Assembly: GCA_965228735.1 (NCBI GenBank)
Contig: OZ245838.1
Location: forward strand, 1,184,001 to 1,248,000
Direction: 5' to 3'
Source: Planctomycetota bacterium
Lineage (GTDB): Bacteria; Planctomycetota; UBA1135; UBA2386
Length of the DNA stretch: 64,000 bases
A program made the translations under genes and the position numbers. Below are positions 1-9,635 of the stretch, piece by piece; the stretch's first letter is position 1, and each line of letters begins with the position of its first letter. A model generated the notes under the pieces. It saw only the letters and a program-made list of their open reading frames with translations. It was not told where the DNA came from and did not search any database.

Positions 1-459
1 GTGCTCGGCGCGCGAACGCGGCGCGATGGCACCCTCGCGGGCGGGCTCGATGCCATGCGAGAGCAGCTCACCGCGATGCAGGGTCAGCTGCCGAGCGGGT
101 TCGTGCTCGCGGACGGTTCGGGACTGTCGAAGAACAACCGGGTGTCCGCGCGGCTGCTCGCGCGCGTGCTGCACGACGCGAAGCGGCGACCGTTCGGGGT
201 CGCGCTGCGGCAGGCGCTGCCGATCGCGGGGCGCACCGGCACGCTCAGCAAGAGGTTCCGCGGCACCGGACTCGAGGGCCGCGTGCGCGCCAAGACGGGT
301 TGGATCCGCGGCAGCTCGTCGCTGTCGGGCTACGTCGACGTGGACGGCCGGACGTTCTCGTTCGCCGTGCTCATGGGCTACGATCCGAAGAAGAGCGGCG
401 TGAACAAGCACCTGAAAGTGGCCCAGGAACGCATCGTGGCGGGGATCGCCGGCCGATGA
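1..459 (+). CDS. dacB: D-alanyl-D-alanine carboxypeptidase/endopeptidase (peptidase S13, PBP4 family), C-terminal part; 5' truncated by window edge
   Basis: DGSGLS..NR motif, LPIAGRTGTL, and KTG motif (RAKTGWI) followed by SLSGYV. Confidence 0.9.
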   Translation: MLGARTRRDGTLAGGLDAMREQLTAMQGQLPSGFVLADGSGLSKNNRVSARLLARVLHDAKRRPFGVALRQALPIAGRTGTLSKRFRGTGLEGRVRAKTGWIRGSSSLSGYVDVDGRTFSFAVLMGYDPKKSGVNKHLKVAQERIVAGIAGR

Positions 460-1313
460 CCGCGCAGCAGGAACGCGACGTCCGCGACGAGATCCTCGAC
501 CGCGCGCGCACGCTCGCGCTCGGGCTCTCGCGTATGGCCGGCGTCATGCTGCTCGAGCGGCGCGCCGCCGCGCAGTCGACCGTCGAGTCCAAGGGCCGCC
601 GGCGCGAACTCGTCACCACGGCGGACCGCGAGGCCGAGGCGATGATCGTCGGACCGCTGCTGCGCGAGTTCCCCGATCATGCGGTGCTCGCCGAGGAAGG
701 CGCGATGACGGCGCAGGGCGAGGCGCACCAGGACTCCGAATGGACGTGGATCATCGATCCGATCGACGGCACGACCAACTTCGTCCACGGGCTGCCGTTC
801 TTCGCCGTGTCGATCGCGCTGGCGCACCACGACGTGCCGGTGCTCGGTGTCGTGCACGCGCCGGCGCTCGGCGAGACGTTCGTGGCGAGCCTCGGTCGGG
901 GCGCCGAACGCCATCGCGGGGATGCCATCGAACCGCTGACGGTCACGAGGACCAGCGAGGTCGCCGACGCGCTGCTCGCCACCGGGTTCTCCTACAACCG
1001 CAACGAACCGGGGCGCGACGACAACTCGGCCCGGCTCGCGCGCGTGCTGCCGCTCTGCCGCGACCTGCGCCGGCTCGGCTCGGCCGAGCTCGACCTCTGC
1101 CTCACGGCGGCGGGCGTCTACGACGGCTATTGGGAGCTCTACCTGCAGCCCTACGACGTCGCGGCGGGCGCGGTCATCGTGCAGGAGGCCGGCGGCCGCG
1201 TGACCGACCTCGACGGTGGTGACGACTGGCTCTACGGCGGCCAGGTGCTCGCGACGAACGGCTTGCTCCACGACGCGCTGCTGCCGCTCGTGGGACCGGC
1301 ACCGACCGGGTAG
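456..1313 (+). CDS. suhB: Inositol monophosphatase family protein (SuhB-like)
   Basis: ELVTTADREAE, EE, WIIDPIDGTTNFVHG, LRRLGSA, PYDVAAG motifs; ATG 456 overlaps dacB stop (ATGA). Confidence 0.88.
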   Translation: MTAQQERDVRDEILDRARTLALGLSRMAGVMLLERRAAAQSTVESKGRRRELVTTADREAEAMIVGPLLREFPDHAVLAEEGAMTAQGEAHQDSEWTWIIDPIDGTTNFVHGLPFFAVSIALAHHDVPVLGVVHAPALGETFVASLGRGAERHRGDAIEPLTVTRTSEVADALLATGFSYNRNEPGRDDNSARLARVLPLCRDLRRLGSAELDLCLTAAGVYDGYWELYLQPYDVAAGAVIVQEAGGRVTDLDGGDDWLYGGQVLATNGLLHDALLPLVGPAPTG

Positions 1314-1324
1314 GGGCGGACCGC

Positions 1325-1684
1325 TCAGAGCGTCTCGCGCCGCGTGCGGCGCACCCCGTCCGGGTCGACCACGGCGAGTTCGAACGCCGCTCCCTCGCGA
1401 AAGCGCGACCGCGCGATCACCGGCCGAATGACCGCGACGGTGCGCTCCGGCGCCTCGCCGCCGAAGAACAGATGGCATTCGGAGTTGCCGAGTTCGGCGC
1501 CCTCGAACTCGCCGGCGCCCTCACCCGCTGCGACCAGCGCATCGTCGAGATCCTCCTCGAGCTGATCGAGCGCGTCCTGCTCGCTCTTGCTGCCAACACT
1601 GCTGCCGAGGCGAACGATCGCGACGACGCTCGGCTGCTCGTCGGGCTCCATGGGGAGGTCGGCGGGTTGGGATCGTTCGGTCAT
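1325..1684 (-). CDS. Small acidic hypothetical protein (~119 aa)
   Basis: Fills the gap between convergent suhB and divergent uvrA; protein-like composition (LEEDLDDAL..GEFEGAELG..CHLFFGG); start uncertain. Confidence 0.65.
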   Translation of the reverse strand: MTERSQPADLPMEPDEQPSVVAIVRLGSSVGSKSEQDALDQLEEDLDDALVAAGEGAGEFEGAELGNSECHLFFGGEAPERTVAVIRPVIARSRFREGAAFELAVVDPDGVRRTRRETL

Positions 1685-1869
1685 CGGCGCGCGCTTCGGC
1701 TGGCCAGGGCCTTTGCCCGGGTGGTCGCCGCCACTCGACCGAGCGACGGCAAGTCGGCAAACTAGCATGAGTTGGAAGCGCGGTCACGCCCGCGGCGGCG
1801 GCCCGATCGCGTTCCTATCCGTGTCGCTGGCCAAGCGGGCACCCCGCGCTATGCTGCGGGGTTCGGCCT

Positions 1870-4800
1870 GTGGTGACGAACTCGAAAACGACCCCTCCGA
1901 ATGGCGCCCGCAAGCCCGGGAAACGGGCTGCCCGAGCCGCCGCAAACGGTGGCGTCAACACGGATTCGGTAGTCGTTCGCGGCGCCCGCGAGCACAACCT
2001 GAAGGGGGTCGACGTCGCGTTCCCGCGCGACAGCCTGACGACCTTCACGGGCGTCTCGGGCTCCGGCAAGTCGAGCCTCGCCTACCACACGATCTACCAG
2101 GAGGGGCAGCGGCGCTTCCTCGAGAGCCTGAGTTCGTACGCGCGGCAGTTCCTCGGGCGCATGGAGAAGCCCAAGGTCGATCTCGTCGAGGGCCTGTCGC
2201 CGACGGTCTCGATCGACCAGAAGTCGACAAGCCACTCGCCGCGCTCGACCGTCGGCACGCTGACCGAGATCGGCGACTTCCTGCGCCTGCTCTACTCGCG
2301 CCTCGGCGATCCGAGCTGCCCCGAGTGCGGGGCGGCGATCGAGGCCTGGTCGCCCGAGCAGGTGACCAACGCGATCGTCGAACAGCACGACGGCCACAAG
2401 GTCATGGTGCTCGCTCCGGTCGTGCGCGAGCGCAAGGGCGAGTACCGCAAGGAGCTCGCGGAGTGGGCGGCCAAGGGGTTCGTGCGCGCGCGCATCGACG
2501 GCGAGGTCCGGCGCCTCGACGAGGACATCCAGCTCGAGCGCTACGTCTACCACACGATCGAACTCGTCATCGATCGCCTGACCGTCGAGGCCGACAAGCG
2601 ATCGCGACTCGCCGAGGCCGTCGAACAGGCCGTGCAGCTCGGCGAGGGGATGGTGGGGCTGACGTTCGCGGACGGCGGCGGCGAACCCGAGTTCCGGCTG
2701 TTCTCGACGCTGCGCAGTTGTCCCAACGGTCACGGCGCGCTGCCCGAGATGGAGCCGCGCCTGTTCTCGTTCAACAGTCCGATCGGCGCGTGTCCCGAGT
2801 GCGACGGACTCGGTCACACGTTCGGCTTCGCCCCCGAGCTCATCGTCAAGGACCCGGACAGGTCGATCCGCGAGGGCGCGCTCTACGCGTTCAACGACGA
2901 CGGCAAACTGGTCTACGGCACGCTGACGCTGAAGCACATGGAGAAGGTCGCGGCCGCGTTCGGCTTCGACCTCGACAAGCCGTGGAAGAAGCTCGGCAAA
3001 CGTGCCCAGAGAGTCGTGCTCTACGGCTCGGGCAGCAAGAAGTTCGAGTTCAAGTGGCGGCGCAGCTCGTCGATGATGTCGACGTCCGGTAGCGACCGCA
3101 TCGCGTTCCCGGGGATCATCCGGCACTTCGAACGGGTGTATCGCCCGTCGCGCGCGCGCAACCTCGACCGCTTCCGGGCCGCGACGCCGTGCGGCGAGTG
3201 CGAGGGCACCAGGCTCACGGCCGCGGCCAACGCCGTGACGTTCGACGGCCGGACGCTGCCCGACGTGCTGGCGCAGTCGATCGATGACGCTGCCGCCTGG
3301 ATCCAGGGCCTCGAACTCACGGGCTCGGCGGCCGTGATCGGCGAGCCGATCGTGAAGGAGATCGATCGGCGCCTCACGTTCTTACGCGACGTCGGCCTCG
3401 GGTATCTGACCCTCGCGCGCCGCGCGCCGACGCTGTCGGGCGGCGAGGCGCAGCGCATCCGGCTCGCGGCCCAGGTCGGCGCCGGCCTGCGCGGCATCCT
3501 CTACGTGCTCGACGAGCCGAGCATCGGCCTGCACGCCCGCGACCAGGAGCGGCTGCTCCGGACCCTCGAAGCGCTGCGCAACCGCGGCAACACGGTCGTC
3601 GTCGTGGAGCACGACGAGGAGACGATGCGACGCAGCGATTTCCTCGTCGACGTCGGTCCCGAGGCGGGCGTCGACGGCGGGGAGGTCGTGGTGGCCGGCG
3701 ATCCCGACGAGGTGGAGCGCAGCGCCCGATCGCTCACGGGGCGCTACCTGCGCGGCGAGCTCAGCGTGCCGATGCCGGAGCAGCGGCGCGCGGGCAACGC
3801 CGGCGTGCTCCAGATCCAACGCGCGCGCCACCACAACCTGCAGGGCGTCGACGCCGAGATCCCGCTCGGTCGGTTCAGCGCCATCACCGGCGTGTCGGGC
3901 TCGGGCAAATCAACGCTCGTGCACCACGTGCTCGTGCCGTGGCTCAAGCGCGAGCTCATGGGCGCGGACGCCGGGCCGTCGCACTGCAAGTCCATCGCGG
4001 GCGTCGATCAGCTCGACAAGATCGTCGAGATCGACCAGGCCCCGATCGGCCGCACCCCGCGCAGCAACCCGGCGACCTACACCGGGGTCTGGACGCACGT
4101 GCGCGACCTGTTCGCGATGCTGCCGGAGAGCAAGCTGCGGCAGTACGAGAAGGGGCGCTTCTCGTTCAACGTCACCGGCGGGCGCTGCGAGGCGTGCGGC
4201 GGGGCGGGCGTAACGACGCTCGAGATGAACTTCCTCGCGCCCGTCGAGGTCGTCTGCGAGGAGTGCGGGGGCGCGCGCTTCAACGCCGACACGCTCGCGA
4301 TCCGCTGGAAGGACAGATCCGTCCACGACATCCTCGCGATGTCGATCGACGAGGCCGTCGCGTTCTTCGGCGAACAACCGAAGATCGTTCGCGGACTGCG
4401 GGCACTGCAAGATGTCGGACTCGGCTACGTGCGCCTCGGGCAGCCGTCGACGACGTTGTCCGGCGGCGAAGCCCAACGCGTCAAGCTGGCCACGGAGCTG
4501 CAGCGACCGGCGACCGGCAGGACGTTCTACGTGCTCGACGAGCCGACGACGGGGCTGCACTTCCACGACGTCGCGAAGCTCCTCGACGCGCTGCAGCGGC
4601 TCGTCGATGCGGGCAACACCGTGCTCGTCATCGAGCACAACCTCGACGTCGTGCGGGCCGCGGACTGGCTCATCGAGCTCGGGCCCGAGGGCGGCACGGG
4701 CGGCGGGCGGGTCGTCGCGACCGGCACCCCGGAGGATCTGGCCGACGGCGACGAGTCGCACACCGGCACGGCCCTGCGTGCGATCGGGCTCGGCAGCAAG

Positions 4801-7800
4801 CGAAAGAAGCGCTGCGCCAAAGCCAGCCAGAACGGCAAGAACGGGAGCGGCAAGAGCGCCGTCGGGCGCGCGCGCAAGCTGACATCGATCGCGGTGCGCG
4901 GCGCCACGACGCACAACCTCGCGGGCGTCGACTGCGACGTCCCGCTCGGCGAGTTCACGGTCGTGACCGGCCCGTCGGGCTCGGGCAAGTCGAGCCTCGC
5001 GTTCGACACGATCTTCCAGGAGGGACAGCGGCGCTTCCTTGAGAGCATGTCGACGTATGCGCGCCGCTTCCTCGGACGCCTCGACCGCGCACCCGTGGAG
5101 ACGATCGAAGGGCTCGGCCCGGCGATCGCGATCGATCAGAAGCGCACGGCGCGCAGCCCGCGATCGACCGTCGCGACGACGACGGAGATCCACGACTACC
5201 TGCGCCTGCTCTACGCGCGCATCGGCCGCCACCACTGTCCGGAGCACGGCGGCGAGCTGATCGCGTGGTCGCCGACGAAGGCCGCGAAGAAGGTCGCCAC
5301 GGATCACGCCGGCCGGCGGGCGCATCTCATGGCGCCGATCGCGGTGCCCTCCGATCTCCGGGACGACGGGGCACGCGCCGGGCCGTGGCTGGAGGCGCTG
5401 TGGCTGGAGTGGCGTCAGCAGGGCTACGTCCGGGCGTTCCTCGACGGCGACGAGGTCCGCATCGACGCGACCCGTCCGAGTGCGGTGCCGGACGAGTTGC
5501 TGCTCGTGATCGACCGCGTCGCGATCGCCAGCGCCGACGACAAGGGCGGCCTCACGCGGCTCAGCGACTCGATCGAACAGGCTCAGGTCGCCGCCGCGGC
5601 GCACGGTGGGGCGCCCGCCGCGATCGTCCAGTTCGCCGACGACCGCGAACGCCTGTGGTTCCGCACCGCGGCGGCGTGTGCCGAGTGCGGCTTCGAGGCG
5701 CCCAAGGACCCGCATCCGCGCTGGTTCTCGTTCAACCATCACAGCGGTGCGTGCCCGACGTGTCTCGGCCTCGGCGAGGTCGTCCTCTGCTCCGAGGCCA
5801 TGCTCGTCAATCACCCGGACAAGCCGACGTTCGGGGGCGCGATCAAGCACCGCGGCGCGGCCTTCACGTTCCTCACGAACCCCGAGGGGTGGTATGCGGC
5901 CGTCGCGCTCGAAGTCGCGGAGAAGCACGGCTTCGATCTCGACACGCCGTGGCAGGACCTGCCGCGGGCCGCCCGCGACCTGCTGCTGCGCGGCACCGGC
6001 AAGGAGCGCCACGAGGTCGTGTTCACGAAGCGCGACGCCAGACGCAAGCGCGAGTGGCGCATGTCGGTCGCGTGGAAGGGGCTCGCCCGCCAGGTCGAGG
6101 AGTGGTTCCACGGCAAGGGCTCCGACGAGGGGCAGAGCGGCGGCGACGAGCGCTACCGCGACGTGATGCGCAGCCAGCCGTGCCCGGATTGCGCCGGCGA
6201 ACGCCTCATGCCGGGACCTCGACACGTCAAGGTTTCGGGCGTGCGGCTGCCCGAGCTCCTCGCGGCGACGGTCGACGCCGCCGCGGAGCGGATCGAACGC
6301 TTCCGGCTGAACAAGACCGAGGCCCGCATCGCGGCCGATGTGCTCAAGGAACTCGAGCACCGGTTGTCGTTCCTGCGCGAGACCGGGCTCGGCTATCTGA
6401 CGCTCGATCGTTCGGCCGCGACGTTGTCGGGCGGGGAGGCCCAGCGCATTCGACTCGCCACGCAGCTCGGCAACAAGCTCGTCGGGGTGCTCTACGTGCT
6501 CGACGAACCGACCGTCGGCCTGCATCCGCGCGACACCGAGCGGCTGCTCGCGACGTTGCTCGAGCTGCGGGATCTCGGCAACACGGTCGTCGCGGTCGAG
6601 CACGACGAGACGATGGTGCGCGCCGCGGATCACGTCCTCGACCTCGGGCCGGGCGCGGGTCACCGCGGCGGCCGCATCATCGCGCACGGCACGCCGGCCA
6701 AGGTCGCGCGCAGCAAGGGGCTCACGGGCCAGTGGCTGCGCGGCGAACTCGTGCTGCCGGCACCGACCGAACGCCGCACCCCGCGCGGTCACGCCAGCCT
6801 GCGCGACGTGCGCATCCACAACCTGAAGGGCGTCGACGTCGACGTACCGCTCGGTTGTTTCACCGCGATCACGGGGGTCTCGGGGTCGGGCAAGTCGACG
6901 CTGATCATGGACGCGCTCGTGCCCGCGTTGCGGGACCAGCAACCGATCGTCGAAGTCGACGGCGAGGAGCAACCGCGCTACCAGCTCGTCGTCGTCGACC
7001 AGAGTCCGATCGGCAGTTCGCCCGCGAGCAATCCCGCGACCTACACGGGTGTGTTCACCGCGATCCGCGAGCTGTTCAGCAAGACCAATCTCGCGCGCCA
7101 GAAGGGCTTCACCCCGGGGCGGTTCTCGTTCCACGTCGCCGCGGGCCGCTGTCAGCACTGCGAGGGCAAGGGCCAGATCCAGGTCGAGATGCACTTCCTC
7201 GCCGACGTCTGGGTCGAGTGCGAGATCTGCCGCGGCAAACGCTACAACGCCGAGACGCTGAGCGTCGACTACCGCGGCAAGAACATCGCCGACGTGCTCC
7301 GCATGGAGGTCGACGAGGCCCTCGCGTTCTTCGGCAACCATCCGAAGATCAAGCGCCCGCTGCAGCTGCTGCACGACGTCGGCCTGGGCTACCTGCAGCT
7401 GGGTCAGCCGGCCAACACGTTCTCGGGCGGCGAGGCGCAACGCATCAAGCTCGTCACCGAGCTCGCGACGAGGCCACGAGCGCACATGATCTACGTGCTC
7501 GACGAGCCGACGACCGGGCTGCATCTCGACGATGTGAAGAAGCTCACGGGCGTGCTCGAACGGCTGCTCGACCGCGGCGACTCCGTGCTCGTCATCGAGC
7601 ATCACCTCGATCTCATTCTCGCCGCCGACCAGGTGCTCGAGCTCGGGCCCGAGGCGGGGGCGGATGGCGGCGAGGTCGTGGCGCAGGGCACGCCCGAGGA
7701 GGTCGCCGGCGTGGCGTCGAGTCACACCGGGCGGTTCCTCGCCGAACGGCTCGGGTTCGGTTCTGCGAAGAACGAGGCGGCGCCGCGACGGCCGGCGAAG

Positions 7801-7935
7801 CCCAAGAAGAACGCCAGGAAGGCCAAGAAGGCGACCAGAAAGACCGCGACGACCCGCAAGGCGAAGAAGGCCACGGCGCCGGCGGCGCGGCGGCGATCGC
7901 CGCGCGGCAAGAGCTCGGCAGGAGGCAACGCGTGA
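1870..7935 (+). CDS. uvrA: Excinuclease ABC subunit A, double-length (two fused UvrA modules)
   Basis: Four Walker A motifs (GVSGSGKS x3, GPSGSGKS), four (L/F)SGGEAQR signatures, four LDEP Walker B motifs, several CxxC zinc-finger pairs, GAREHNLK start. Confidence 0.96.
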   Translation: MVTNSKTTPPNGARKPGKRAARAAANGGVNTDSVVVRGAREHNLKGVDVAFPRDSLTTFTGVSGSGKSSLAYHTIYQEGQRRFLESLSSYARQFLGRMEKPKVDLVEGLSPTVSIDQKSTSHSPRSTVGTLTEIGDFLRLLYSRLGDPSCPECGAAIEAWSPEQVTNAIVEQHDGHKVMVLAPVVRERKGEYRKELAEWAAKGFVRARIDGEVRRLDEDIQLERYVYHTIELVIDRLTVEADKRSRLAEAVEQAVQLGEGMVGLTFADGGGEPEFRLFSTLRSCPNGHGALPEMEPRLFSFNSPIGACPECDGLGHTFGFAPELIVKDPDRSIREGALYAFNDDGKLVYGTLTLKHMEKVAAAFGFDLDKPWKKLGKRAQRVVLYGSGSKKFEFKWRRSSSMMSTSGSDRIAFPGIIRHFERVYRPSRARNLDRFRAATPCGECEGTRLTAAANAVTFDGRTLPDVLAQSIDDAAAWIQGLELTGSAAVIGEPIVKEIDRRLTFLRDVGLGYLTLARRAPTLSGGEAQRIRLAAQVGAGLRGILYVLDEPSIGLHARDQERLLRTLEALRNRGNTVVVVEHDEETMRRSDFLVDVGPEAGVDGGEVVVAGDPDEVERSARSLTGRYLRGELSVPMPEQRRAGNAGVLQIQRARHHNLQGVDAEIPLGRFSAITGVSGSGKSTLVHHVLVPWLKRELMGADAGPSHCKSIAGVDQLDKIVEIDQAPIGRTPRSNPATYTGVWTHVRDLFAMLPESKLRQYEKGRFSFNVTGGRCEACGGAGVTTLEMNFLAPVEVVCEECGGARFNADTLAIRWKDRSVHDILAMSIDEAVAFFGEQPKIVRGLRALQDVGLGYVRLGQPSTTLSGGEAQRVKLATELQRPATGRTFYVLDEPTTGLHFHDVAKLLDALQRLVDAGNTVLVIEHNLDVVRAADWLIELGPEGGTGGGRVVATGTPEDLADGDESHTGTALRAIGLGSKRKKRCAKASQNGKNGSGKSAVGRARKLTSIAVRGATTHNLAGVDCDVPLGEFTVVTGPSGSGKSSLAFDTIFQEGQRRFLESMSTYARRFLGRLDRAPVETIEGLGPAIAIDQKRTARSPRSTVATTTEIHDYLRLLYARIGRHHCPEHGGELIAWSPTKAAKKVATDHAGRRAHLMAPIAVPSDLRDDGARAGPWLEALWLEWRQQGYVRAFLDGDEVRIDATRPSAVPDELLLVIDRVAIASADDKGGLTRLSDSIEQAQVAAAAHGGAPAAIVQFADDRERLWFRTAAACAECGFEAPKDPHPRWFSFNHHSGACPTCLGLGEVVLCSEAMLVNHPDKPTFGGAIKHRGAAFTFLTNPEGWYAAVALEVAEKHGFDLDTPWQDLPRAARDLLLRGTGKERHEVVFTKRDARRKREWRMSVAWKGLARQVEEWFHGKGSDEGQSGGDERYRDVMRSQPCPDCAGERLMPGPRHVKVSGVRLPELLAATVDAAAERIERFRLNKTEARIAADVLKELEHRLSFLRETGLGYLTLDRSAATLSGGEAQRIRLATQLGNKLVGVLYVLDEPTVGLHPRDTERLLATLLELRDLGNTVVAVEHDETMVRAADHVLDLGPGAGHRGGRIIAHGTPAKVARSKGLTGQWLRGELVLPAPTERRTPRGHASLRDVRIHNLKGVDVDVPLGCFTAITGVSGSGKSTLIMDALVPALRDQQPIVEVDGEEQPRYQLVVVDQSPIGSSPASNPATYTGVFTAIRELFSKTNLARQKGFTPGRFSFHVAAGRCQHCEGKGQIQVEMHFLADVWVECEICRGKRYNAETLSVDYRGKNIADVLRMEVDEALAFFGNHPKIKRPLQLLHDVGLGYLQLGQPANTFSGGEAQRIKLVTELATRPRAHMIYVLDEPTTGLHLDDVKKLTGVLERLLDRGDSVLVIEHHLDLILAADQVLELGPEAGADGGEVVAQGTPEEVAGVASSHTGRFLAERLGFGSAKNEAAPRRPAKPKKNARKAKKATRKTATTRKAKKATAPAARRRSPRGKSSAGGNA

Positions 7936-9635
7936 CCGAACCGCCGCTGATCGTTCAAACGGACTGCACGGTGCTGCTCGAGACCTGGCACGACGACTAC
8001 GAGGCCGCGCGTGACCGGCTCGGCCGCTTCGCCGAGCTCGAGAAGTCGCCCGAGTACGTGCACTTCTACCGGCTCACCCCGGTGAGCATCTGGAACGCCG
8101 CGGCGCTCGGGGAGACCGCGGAGGACACGCTCACCTGGCTCGAGGCGAACGCGCGCTACCCGGTCGCGCCCGCGGTGCGGAAGCGCCTCGAGGACTGGTT
8201 CCGCCGCTACGGCCTGCTGCGACTGACGCCGGGCCCGGCCGGCCGCCTCGTGCTCGAGTGCGAAGACGACGAGGTGCTCGATGAGCTGCTCGAGGACGAA
8301 CGCGTCGCCGAGCTCGTGGAGTGGGACGATGACGAGCGCGCCACGATCGCGGCCGCAGCCCGCGGCGAACTCAAGCAGGCGCTAGTGCGGGCGGGGTATC
8401 CCGTCGACGATCGCGCGGGTTACGCGGCCGGCAACGAGCTCGCGTTCGGGTGGCGTGACCGCACGACCTCCGGCTCGGCGTTCGCGCTGCGTGACTATCA
8501 GACCGAGGCCGCGGCCGCGTTCCACGCCGGCGGATCGGATCGCGGCGGCTGCGGTGTCGTCGTGCTGCCGTGCGGTGCCGGCAAGACCGTCGTCGGGATC
8601 GCGGCGATGCAGTTGCTGCAGAACAACACGCTCATCCTCACGACGAACACCGTCGCGGTGCGCCAGTGGTGCCAGGAACTCCTCGACAAGACCGACCTGC
8701 GGCCCGAGGACGTCGGCGAGTACACCGGTGACCGCAAGGAGATCCGACCGGTCACGGTCGCGACCTACCAGATGCTCACGCACAGGAAGGGGAAGACCGA
8801 CGAGTTCACGCACCTGGGCCTGTTCGACAGCGGCGGCTTCGGCCTCGTGATCTACGACGAGGTCCACCTGCTGCCGGCGCCCGTGTTCCGCGCGACGGCC
8901 GGGATCCAGGCCAGGCGCCGGCTCGGGCTCACCGCGACGCTCGTGCGCGAGGACGGGCGCGCGGACGAGGTGTTCTCGCTCATCGGACCGAAACGGTTCG
9001 AGGTGCCGTGGCGACAGCTCGAGGACGGCGGCTTCCTCGCGACCGCGCACTGCGCCGAGGTCCGGGTGCCGTTGAGCGCGGAACGCGAGGCCCGCTACGA
9101 GGCCGCGACCGCGCGCTCCCAGATCCGCATCGCGGCCGACAACGAGCAGAAGATCGACGTGACGGGCGCGCTTCTCGAGTTGCACCGCGACGACCGCGTG
9201 CTCGTGATCGGCCAGTACATCGAACAGCTCCGGCAGCTGGCCCAGGTTTTCGGCATTCCGCTGATCACCGGCCAGACGCCCAATGCGGAGCGGGAGCGCC
9301 TCTACGAGAGGTTCCGCGTCGGCGAGCTGCCGCGGCTCATGGTGAGCAAGGTCGGCAACTTCGCGATCGACCTGCCCGATGCCAACGTCGCGATCCAGGT
9401 ATCCGGGACGTTCGGCAGCCGGCAGGAAGAGGCGCAGCGCCTCGGGCGGGTGCTGCGCCCCAAGGCCGATGGCCGCGCCGCGCACTTCTACACCCTGGTA
9501 TCGGCCGCGACCCGCGAGCAGGAGTTCGCCCAGAAGCGGCAGCTGTTCCTGACCGAGCAGGGCTACGGCTACGCGATCCTCGAAGCCGATGAACTGTCAG
9601 AACGCGCCCGCAAGCTGCGGGAGGAGCGTGCATGA
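7932..9635 (+). CDS. XPB/Ssl2/Rad25-like SF2 DNA repair helicase
   Basis: N-terminal LIVQTDCTVLLE domain; VVLPCGAGKT (I), DEVH (II), TATLVREDG (III plus XPB RED motif), QRLGRVLRPK (VI); GTG 7932 overlaps uvrA stop (GTGA). Confidence 0.93.
   Translation: MTEPPLIVQTDCTVLLETWHDDYEAARDRLGRFAELEKSPEYVHFYRLTPVSIWNAAALGETAEDTLTWLEANARYPVAPAVRKRLEDWFRRYGLLRLTPGPAGRLVLECEDDEVLDELLEDERVAELVEWDDDERATIAAAARGELKQALVRAGYPVDDRAGYAAGNELAFGWRDRTTSGSAFALRDYQTEAAAAFHAGGSDRGGCGVVVLPCGAGKTVVGIAAMQLLQNNTLILTTNTVAVRQWCQELLDKTDLRPEDVGEYTGDRKEIRPVTVATYQMLTHRKGKTDEFTHLGLFDSGGFGLVIYDEVHLLPAPVFRATAGIQARRRLGLTATLVREDGRADEVFSLIGPKRFEVPWRQLEDGGFLATAHCAEVRVPLSAEREARYEAATARSQIRIAADNEQKIDVTGALLELHRDDRVLVIGQYIEQLRQLAQVFGIPLITGQTPNAERERLYERFRVGELPRLMVSKVGNFAIDLPDANVAIQVSGTFGSRQEEAQRLGRVLRPKADGRAAHFYTLVSAATREQEFAQKRQLFLTEQGYGYAILEADELSERARKLREERA

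Noticed and set aside
3910..7725. 1271-aa minus-strand ORF, and similar long antisense ORFs (9569-13162, 16468-18858, 27206-30424, 37836-40265, 42162-44324, 45460-47367, 54749-57910, 56775-59528)
   Set aside because: Shadow or off-frame ORFs over clearly recognisable genes; expected from stop-codon scarcity at high GC; no motifs
5265..7931. Apparent 1456-aa XPB with long N-terminal extension
   Set aside because: The extension is an Arg-rich off-frame read of uvrA; the XPB domain starts at GTG 7932 after a GGAGG SD
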